Assembly: GCF_006345805.1 (NCBI RefSeq)
Contig: NW_021833942.1
Coordinates: 7,120 to 71,119, forward strand
Direction: 5' to 3'
Source: Octopus sinensis
Taxonomy: Eukaryota
DNA: 64,000 nucleotides
The position numbers were made by a program, and so were the translations under genes. Positions 54,190 to 64,000 of the stretch are shown here, piece after piece; the stretch's first letter is position 1; each line of letters begins with the position of its first letter. The notes beneath the pieces are model-generated. The model had not been told where the DNA came from, did not search any database, and saw only the letters and a program-made list of their open reading frames with translations.

Positions 54190-54287
54190 CGTACGTATGT
54201 ATGTGTGCATGCATGTATATATTTATGTATGTATGTATGTATGTATTTATGTATGTATGTATGTATGTATGTATATATTTATGTATG

Positions 54288-54321
<34 letters not shown>

Positions 54322-54416
54322 TGTATTTATGTATGTATGTATGTATGTATGTATGTATGTATGTATGTATGTATGTATGCATGCATGTATATATGTATGT
54401 ATGTATGTATGTATGT
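54190..54416. repeat. (TATG)n microsatellite
   Basis: Seen directly. Confidence 0.97.
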
Positions 54417-54788
54417 ACCGTTTCGAAACGATAAAAATTTCTAAGACAACAGCTGACGATGCGATATCTGTACTTATCTAAGAATTTTAGTTGTTTTTGT
54501 GTTGTTCTTTTGGTATCGTTCATTTCACTGCTTGTACATTCACTTTTTATGGGTCTTACGTTTCAACATTTTCATATTCAGCAGCGCTTTGATCAGTTCT
54601 TCTTCGATTGATGATTATAACGTGGTGTGTCCTACTTTTGCCTGGAAGACATCTCTTTTTCTCTCTAGCTTTAATTACGCATTTGTTTTTCTTTCATTTA
54701 ATTTTCTGAAGCATGCAACTGATGTCAGTTTGTAGGGAATTTGGTGCCTGCATCGGTGATTGGGTGCTAAAACGGTGGTTTTGTGACA

Positions 54789-55195
54789 AGGCGCAAGAGT
54801 GGCTGTGTGGTAAGTAGCTTGCTTACGAACCACATAGTTCCGGGTTCAGTCCCACTGCGTGGCACCTTGGGCAAGTGTCTTCTACTATAGCCTCGGGCCG
54901 ACCAAAGCCTTGTGAGTGGAGTTGGTAGACGGAAACTGAAAGAAGCCCGTCGTATATATGTATATAAATGTATATATATGTGCGCGTGTATGTTTGTGTT
55001 TGTCCCCCTACCATTGCTTGACCACCGATGCTGGTGTGTTTATGTCCCCGTCACTTAGCGGTTCGGCAAAAGAGACCGATAGAATAAGTACTGGGCTTAC
55101 AAAAGAATAAGTCCCGGGTTTGAGTTGCTCGATTAAAGGCGGTGCTCCAGCATGGCCGCAGTCAAATGACTGAAACAAGTAAAAGAGTGAAAGAG
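54789..55195 (+). mobile_element. SINE family D, full length
   Basis: Reference copy used for the family. Confidence 0.93.
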
Positions 55196-55420
55196 TATAT
55201 ATATAGAAATACACACACACACACAGATGTCTGCATACAGATACGTAAATACACATTCATACATGAGGATGAGCTCCTGTCTTGCTCTCAGTTTAGTCAT
55301 CCTTGATTGGGAGTGACTACAAAGAGTAAAGGCGATGTAGATAAATATTCGTGTGAGATGGGCACATCTGGATATCTAATTATTGATGATGTTTCATGGT
55401 TTATTACTAGTATTCTTGAT

Positions 55421-55580
55421 AAGGCTGCGCGCTGGCAGAATGCTCTGCGGTATTTTGTCCGTCTTTAAGTTTTGTATTCAGATTCCGTCGAGGTCAACTT
55501 TGCCTTTCATCCTTTCGTGATCAATAAAACTGGTACCAGACAAGCACTGGAGGTAGATAGATATGTGCATTGCCCCCCAG
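55421..55580 (+). mobile_element. Old SINE family E fragment
   Basis: gctggcagaa...gaggtcaactttgcctttcatcctttcg. Confidence 0.7.
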
Positions 55581-55620
55581 TTACCATAATTGAAGTATAT
55601 ATGTTTTCGATCTCGTTTGG

Positions 55621-55705
55621 ATTCTTTGCCATCAAATTTGATTGCAAGGAATTCAAAGTTGAGGGCAAAGAATTCCAATTTGATGGCAAAGAATTCAAAC
55701 TAGAT
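55621..55705. repeat. 21 bp minisatellite (~3.4 units) with an inverted first unit
   Basis: aaatttgattgcaaggaattc / aaagttgagggcaaagaattc / caatttgatggcaaagaattc; 55621-55638 is the exact reverse complement of 55677-55694. Confidence 0.85.
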
Positions 55706-55869
55706 CGAGAACATCTATATTTATATACATGTGTATATATATCTGCAAACAAACTCGTCAACACCCACACATCACACACACACACACACACATATATAAA
55801 TGTAAATGTAAGGATGTATAAATGCATATGAATTCTATGTACATATGCTTGCGCATTGTGTATGTGTGA

Positions 55870-55911
<42 letters not shown>

Positions 55912-57074
55912 CTGTGTGCGTGTGTAATATGCATGCTATTCTTTGTATATTCAATTTTCTGTCTCTATACTCTATTTGTTGAAAGTGGTTTGCAGACGTT
56001 TCATTCACTGATATTTATATACCAAAAGTTCGATTTTTAATTTATTTCTTCAAACCCTTTTATTCTGTGTATGGTTTATGTATTGTGTAAAGGAAGTTAC
56101 TGATATGATGATTCATAGATACTTAATTAGGCCTTTTGCGTGACACGTACATGTTTGTTTTATGCTGCAGTTGTAACAATCTATACAGCTTCCGTGTAGA
56201 TATTAACAATGATATTCTGTTGTGGAAACACTCGGAAAACTATCTATGTTTAATTATTAGGAAACGGCTGGATATCTCTGTCAGAAGTAATACGCCCCTC
56301 ATGTACAAAATAACAACAACGCAGACGTAATTCAATATATATGATAACCGTTCCAGAACGGACAGCTAAATTAATATCGTATTGGGAAAATCAATTACAA
56401 ACTAATACAATAATTACTCATGACGTTGATTAATCATTAGGCACTGTACTAAGATGAGTGTGTTGCCTAATAGAGGGAAATAAACCAAATGCAAGAGTAA
56501 AAACCACCTTTAAATCCAAGGATTTACGGATGTAAGAATAAATCTGAGGTGAAAAATATATTGCAGACGTATATGTAGTTAGATTTTCGGATGCTTCTAA
56601 CTGTGCGAAGTATCCCTGTAGAATGTGATAACCTGGAGAGATTTCGCTTCAGAAATACTAAGCTTATAGCTTGGTGTTTTGCATCGTTATTGTGCTGCTC
56701 AAGTGGTCCATCGGGGACTCGGCCCTCAACGAATCAGGATGTGTATATGCTGACGTAAGAGATTTGGTTCACCACGTGTACATCGTCCATTTCTGAAGTC
56801 ACGCAGTCACTCGTACCCCAGGAAATGTTACCGTCTTTAACTTTTTACCAAGAACGAAACCTTAGCAACTCGCAACCAAACCTCAGCCGAGCAGCATCTC
56901 ATTGTTCTCCTCTCAAAGAACAAATAACAGGAAGACATTCTCCTCTAGGAATGTGACAGCTTAACGTCGATTCACCAACACAAAACCATAATCAGTGGGT
57001 TTATAAGTGAAAAGAAAACTATCAAAATGCTATGAAAACACGCTTCAACGGTTTCATGATCGTCATCACCTTCA

Positions 57075-57108
<34 letters not shown>

Positions 57109-57412
57109 TTCTATGATACTGTAATTGAAAAATAAGCATTATAGATGATATTCCTGAAAACTAAAGCTAATCGGTGGAAATAAAACAAACACCACTCGAT
57201 AGTTTGTGACCAGTAAAAGCAGTTGTGACATGCTTTAAGGCTGGTAACACTTATATAAAAAAAGAGCTGCTTTCAACAACTGCAAATCTCTCTGTCACTC
57301 TAGGCACAGGTTTCCCCACATTCTACTTGAATCAACTACCATTCAATCTCTCCCCCTCTCTCTATCAGTGCAACTTTATTTCTCTATATCAACACATCTA
57401 TCAAATTCATTC

Positions 57413-57446
<34 letters not shown>

Positions 57447-57453
<7 letters not shown>

Positions 57454-57710
57454 TCTACTTTATTTGTGATTGTGTCGAAACATTTCTAGTGATTAAAAAG
57501 CTGCCTAACCGTACATACTCTTCCTTTTGACTCTTTTACTTTCTACTTTTTACTTCTTTCTTTTGTATTTTCACACACCAGGAATACCTAAGACTACAAT
57601 TGGTAGCATACCATAAGAATACTACCGGGTATTTGGGAATTCTAAGAGTGAACGAGCCCTGTTTGTACTATTATACGTTCTTAACAGAACACACCTCAAC
57701 TATATATATA

Positions 57711-57766
<56 letters not shown>

Positions 57767-57974
57767 CATGTATTCTACTTTATTTGTGTTTGATATATGT
57801 ACGTTTATATCTTGTTATATTTATTTAGTTATATCTCACCATATTGATTGTAATTATTGTACTGTATTAATGTCTAAGCTCATTGCTATTGTGTAGTGTT
57901 TTAATAAAGTATATGATTCGGTATTATCTGATAGTTGATGATTGATTTAGATATATTTCTCCATTTTCTCATTT

Positions 57975-58047
<73 letters not shown>

Positions 58048-58086
58048 CACATATATATATCATGAATATACATATATATATATATA

Positions 58087-58168
<82 letters not shown>

Positions 58169-58440
58169 TATATATATCATGAATATATATATTGATGTGT
58201 GTTCTGTTAAGAACGTATAATAGTACAAATAGAGCTCGTTTACCCTTAGAATTCCCAAATATCCGGTAGTATTCTTATGGTATGCAACCAATTGTAGTCT
58301 TAGGTATTCCTGGTGTGTGAAAATAGAAAGAAAGAAGTAAAAAGTAGAAAGTAAGAGAGTGAAAAGGAAGAGTGTGTACGGTTAGGCAGTTTTTTAATCA
58401 CTAGAAATGTTTCGACACAAACACAAATAAGGTAGAATAC
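57447..58440. repeat. ~250 bp inverted repeat pair (57447-57700 and 58192-58440) around a TA-rich spacer
   Basis: The same peptide [19 protein letters not shown] appears on both strands in the ORF track. Confidence 0.9.
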
Positions 58441-58800
58441 ACAGTTATTTCGAATGACATAAACAAACGAATTACAAGAAAAGAGGGAAAACTTGAGGAA
58501 CAATGGAAAGACAGGAGGAACATGGATATAACACAAAAGGAAAGAAAAAAATCGGAATACTGACACACATAATCGCTACGCACAAAAAATATGGAAGAAA
58601 CCAAACAAAACGGAAGTCTCATGGTATAATCCAATTTTTGGACTTCTAATATCGTCGAAGATTGGTAAGCAATTCATTGCAGCATTAAATGGATGTTTTC
58701 CTATAACACATAGATACTACAGTTTATTCAACAAACACAGTGAAAATATCATATCGTATGCAACATCTTACAACATGTAGGACTACATACATAAATACAG
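58440..58800 (+). mobile_element. Penelope-like ORF relic (region between RT and GIY-YIG)
   Basis: SWYNPIFGLLISSKIGKQFIAALNGCFPITHRYYSLFNKH/VKISY matches the W(F/Y)NPPFS..IGK.F...FP..H....FN..TVKISY motif of PLEs; frameshifted. Confidence 0.75.
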
Positions 58801-58963
58801 CAACCGGAAATTGAACACACAAACAATGTCTGCTGGTAGAGAATAAACAAACCAAAACTACACAGAATTTAACAGCAATAACCAAAATAAACAACGGATA
58901 GACTGCAAAATCGCAGATAATGTAAAAGACTGTGACAATATAGTTGAAATATATCATCCATAA

Positions 58964-59449
58964 AGTGCATGCCGTCAAATTGACACTGGGGTAAAATATA
59001 CGAATTCCAGTATACCCATTATGACTACCCGTTTGTTAAGGGTACACCAGGCAAATGCATCACAACTATATGTGCGCAACATTGTAATCTCATATAAAGA
59101 TAAACAACGCATGACCTTGCAGGTGGCGCCCAGTTAGAATTTTCTTCAGGTTGAGCAGCCCATGCTGCTAAAAAGGTCCTTGAATAGGGTTGTTTAAGGA
59201 TGTTGAACAAAACACCCATGTTTCCAGAAGTAATAATTCAAACCACCCAAAACCCCCCTCAACACAAGGCTATGATGCTTCCCCCACTACCCCTGCTTAT
59301 GATCAGAGATGCACATATCGCCAGTCACTAGGGACATGGTCAACTGGTTAAGGTAAAAAACAAATGACGAGCAAATCTGTGGTATTGAGTAGAATATTTG
59401 GCTGTAGCCCATATTTTACTCCAAGACAAAACAATGTATATGATAACAC
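58964..59449 (-). mobile_element. Repeat family X, diverged
   Basis: Homologous to the 59817 and 62135 copies. Confidence 0.85.
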
Positions 59450-59450
59450 A

Positions 59451-59496
<46 letters not shown>

Positions 59497-59499
<3 letters not shown>

Positions 59500-59753
59500 T
59501 AGTTTTATTTTTATAGCGTGCTTTCACTTCACTACCGAGCGCAGCTCTGTGTGCCATTAGGTATTTGCTGTGATTTGTTGTGATGCTCTGATGGTTATTG
59601 TATGGAAAGTGTTCTGCGTAGGATGTGTGCAGTGCCTAGTAGTGCAATTTTCTGTATGTTATATGTGTTTGTACGTCCTGGTGTTTTTGTTATGCATTTG
59701 TCTGAATATTTTTTATCATGCCTAATGCACCTACTATGATAGGAATTGTTTCT
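59497..59753 (-). mobile_element. R4/Dong-like 3' end (family R1) in (AAT)n
   Basis: ...KTPGRTNTYNIQKIALLGTAHILRRTLSIQ* plus UTR. Confidence 0.88.
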
Positions 59754-59754
59754 C

Positions 59755-59816
<62 letters not shown>

Positions 59817-60245
59817 GAGTGAGAGAGCAGATAAAATATAGGTAAAATATACGAAGCCCAATATACCCATCATGACTACCCGTCTGATAAGGGTAAACCA
59901 GGCACATGCATCACAACCATATGTGCGCGACATGGTGATCTCATATCAAGATAAACAGCACTTGACCTTGCAGGTGGGGCCCACTTAGAATTTTCTTCAG
60001 GTTGAGTAGCCCATCCCGCTCAAAAGGTCCCTGAATAAGGATTGTTTAAGGATGTTGAAAGAACCACCCATGTTTCCAGAGGTGAATTATTCAAACCCCA
60101 AAGAATCCCTCTCAACACATGGCTATGATGCTCCCCCACTACTTCTGCTCGTGATCAGAGATGCACATATCGTCAGCCACTAAGGGACATGCTCAACTGG
60201 TTAAGGTCAAACAACTGACAAGCAAATCTGTGGTATTGAGCAGAA

Positions 60246-60247
<2 letters not shown>
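59817..60247 (-). mobile_element. Repeat family X ending ctctctcactc-(AAT)n
   Basis: (AAT)n on both sides; variable 5' end among copies suggests a LINE 3' UTR. Confidence 0.85.
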
Positions 60248-60294
<47 letters not shown>

Positions 60295-60329
60295 ATATTA
60301 TTATTAATATTATTATTATTATTATTATT

Positions 60330-60840
<511 letters not shown>

Positions 60841-62134
60841 TATTTACTGCTGACATCTCTTCAGAAGAGAAATAAAAAATCTGGTTTCTTGTTTACTCGA
60901 TGATTTAGAACATTTAGCTGACAGAAAGAATTTTTATTTGGGGTTTTATTTCATTCAGGGATCTGTTATTGAATGCTGTAGTAGGCCTGCTCTTATCTAA
61001 AAAAAAAAATAATACAAAAAGTATCCTCATTTTTATTCTGTCATTTAATGGTAAGGTAAACATGGCTTCTTCTGTTTCTCTCTCAGAAAGATTACAATAA
61101 GGAATAAAATAACCCCACAAGCCAAAGGAAAATAGTGGAAAATGAAATAAAAGAACATCTCAAAAACAAAAAATAAAAAATGCACTATATCATTTTTGAG
61201 GGGATAACAACAGCAGAAAGCATTCAGGTATTCCATTGACCTTATACATGAAAAAAATTAAAAGACTATTCTGCATTTAAAAAACAGTAACAACCTGATA
61301 TGGAACATTTTGCTGACAGTCTTGAAGCTTGACAGTATTTTGTACACAGGGCCAACATAAAACTTCGACAATCCGGGAAAGATGCGCGCAATAGAAGGAA
61401 AGATCAGTTGTCTGCGTCGTGCCATGGACAGAAGAGAATTTTGCTTCATGAAAGTATAAGATTTAGAGACAGCACTTGCAAATATTTTAAGGCAATTATC
61501 TTTCATTGTAAAGTCGCATTTAAAACAAGGAGGGACGAAAGTGTGAACTGAAGTTTTAAGTACGAGAGGTTTCCGATAAGTTGTTTCGCAGTATTTTGGA
61601 AAAGAGAACTCAAAGGGGACGGTCAGGATTATCGATAGCTATGTCGAGCTCTGTTTAGTTTTCATCTTCGTGACCCAATACTGGCAGTGACCAACGCAGA
61701 TGTAGTATTTGGTGGTACGTGGTCGGGTGGAATCAAAGATAACAAAGCAATACAAGGACCGTATTGTGAAGAAGGTGCTGATAGGAAGTCCTTAAACCTT
61801 AGCCTCTGAAGTAGACCAGTCGGCTGCCAAACATAGGAGAGTAAATCCCATTCAAAGGTTTGATGCACAGCAAAAGAAGATGACTAAGAAGAATAAATTA
61901 TGGAAATTGTCGGTACTAAGGAGAAGCCAGACACAGCATGTGAAAATGTTTAGCTGTATTTCGCCCGTTTTCACAATCTGAGTTCAAATTTTATCGTAGC
62001 AGACATTATCTTGCGTCCTTCCAACAGCGGTAGTCTAAGATAGCACTAGGGTTAATGTAATCCAATTACTGCCTCACCCGAACCTGCTGTCCTTGTGGTA
62101 GAATTTGAAATCATCATCATCATCATCATTAATA

Positions 62135-62640
62135 TTGAGTGAGGGAGCAGTGCATGCCATCAAAGTGACATTGGGGTAAAATATACGAAGCCCAATATGA
62201 CCATCATGACTACCCGTCTGATAAGGGTACAGTAGACACATACCTCATAACCATATGTGCGCGAAATGATGAAGTCATATCAAAATAAACAACGGATGAC
62301 CTTGCAGCTGGGGGTAGCCCATCTCGCTCAAAAGGTCAATGAATAAAGGTTGTTGAAGGATATTGAACGAAAGAGCCATGTTTCCAGAGGTGTATTATCC
62401 AAACCCCAAAGAATTCCTTTGACCACATGGCTATGTTGCTTCCACCACTACTCCTGCTCATGACTAAGGATGCACATATTATCAACCACCAAGAGATATG
62501 CTCAACAGGTTAAGGTCAAACAAATCTGACAAGCAAATCTGTGGTATTGAGCAGAATATTTGCTGTAGCCCATCTTTTATACCAAGACAAAACAATGTAC
62601 ATGATAACACTTCCAATAAGTTAAGGTCAGAAGCCATGAG
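62135..62640 (-). mobile_element. Repeat family X, longest copy
   Basis: gagtgagggagcagtgcatgcc...cagaagccatgag spans the other three copies. Confidence 0.85.
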
Positions 62641-62669
62641 TACCACCGCGTGCTACTACAACATGGCGT

Positions 62670-62900
62670 TTCTTCTTCTTCTTCTTCTTCTTCTTCTTCT
62701 TTTTCTTCTTCATCTTCTTCTTTTTCTTCTTCTTCTTCTTCTTCTTCTTTTTCTTCTTCTTCTTCTTCTTCTTCTTCTTCGTTTTCTTCTTTTTCTTCTT
62801 CTTCTTCTTCTTCTTCTTCACATTATTATTATTATTATTGTTATTATTATCAACCTCCTCCTCCTCCTCCCCCTCATCATCATCATCGTCATCATTATTA
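62670..62900. repeat. (TTC)n followed by (TTA)n/(CCT)n/(CAT)n
   Basis: Seen directly. Confidence 0.97.
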
Positions 62901-63169
62901 GACATGCTAGAACTGTTGTTGTTAATTACAGTAATATATATATATATTCCGATTCCGGTAGAAAAAATTATCTTTTCAAGCAGTTATCTTTAAATAGAAG
63001 CAACTAACTTTAGTTTCTGGATGAATAATGCCGGAGCTCCGGTGCTAAAGAACCTATTGATTATTCTCCACGCTCTGCTGGTTTTCAGAAGTCTCTATTT
63101 CAAGCTTTAGACCTTTATTCATAATAACCAACACACTGGTTCCGTTCAGCCCGAGGGGGTACACTGTAT

Positions 63170-63474
63170 ATACATACACATACATACACACATACATACA
63201 TACATACATAAATACATGCATACATGCATACATACATACATACATACATACATACAACATATATATATATACATATATAGTATACATTCTATATATATAT
63301 AACAAATATATATATATGTATGTATGTATGTATAATATAATATATATATTTATATATATATACATACATATATATATATGCATATATATATATATATATA
63401 TATACATACATACATATATATATATATAATATATATATATATAATATATATAATAATATATATAATTATATATA

Positions 63475-63515
<41 letters not shown>

Positions 63516-63599
63516 CATACATATATATATATAGTATGTATCTATTATATAATATTATACATATACTATATATATTATATATATATATATAATTTATAC

Positions 63600-63641
<42 letters not shown>

Positions 63642-63649
63642 GTGTGGTG

Positions 63650-63682
<33 letters not shown>

Positions 63683-63690
63683 ATATATAA
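63170..63690. repeat. Compound (CATA)/(TA)/(TG) microsatellite
   Basis: Seen directly. Confidence 0.95.
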
Positions 63691-63808
63691 ACACGAAAAA
63701 AAAAGGGTCTGAAAGTTTAGACAGTATATATCGATTAATATGCGATAGGCAAACACTGCTTCGCGGTTGAAGAATTAGGTGCAATTCATTGATTGTGCTG
63801 TATCATGA

Positions 63809-63843
<35 letters not shown>

Positions 63844-63863
63844 ATAATTATATAATATATAAG

Positions 63864-63943
63864 GCTGATCTGTGTAGTGAAGGGTTCTGGATCGATCTCG
63901 TGACGTGGCAGTTTGAACCAGCTTCCTTCACCGTAGGGACGGT
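63864..63943 (+). ncRNA. Candidate pre-miRNA-like hairpin
   Basis: 63877-63931 folds by hand into a 22-position stem with 18 pairs (2 G:U) and an 11 nt loop, plus an imperfect lower stem; no known miRNA recognised. Confidence 0.3.
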
Positions 63944-64000
63944 TTGTATGCGATATCGTCTACGTTAAATTTCATTCATAGAACAGTGCGTAATTCCGTG

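Overview
AT-rich, repeat-saturated animal genomic DNA, intergenic or deep intronic. No intact protein-coding gene can be supported; nearly all supplied ORFs are translations of microsatellites or SINEs. The SINE repertoire and microsatellite density look like a coleoid cephalopod, probably Octopus (recalled similarity, not a database result). Contents: (i) five tRNA-headed SINE families (A-E), many with clean 11-13 bp target-site duplications; (ii) 3' fragments of restriction-like-endonuclease non-LTR retrotransposons (R4/Dong-like, mostly sitting in (AAT)n, plus one Hero-like), a CR1-like 3' end and two maT/DD37D-like transposase relics; (iii) Penelope-like (PLE) remnants in (TA)n tracts, several forming hairpins. 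The main hunt result is a set of about nine minimal type-I hammerhead ribozyme motifs, most with non-canonical cores: A6U in three copies that differ at free position 7, compensatory U3/A8 in two unrelated elements, and U4C. Also noted: a head-less SINE unit multimerised at the same junction at two loci, microsatellite landing-pad nesting, a ~395 bp palindrome and a pre-miRNA-like hairpin near the window end. All coordinates and alignments were done by eye.
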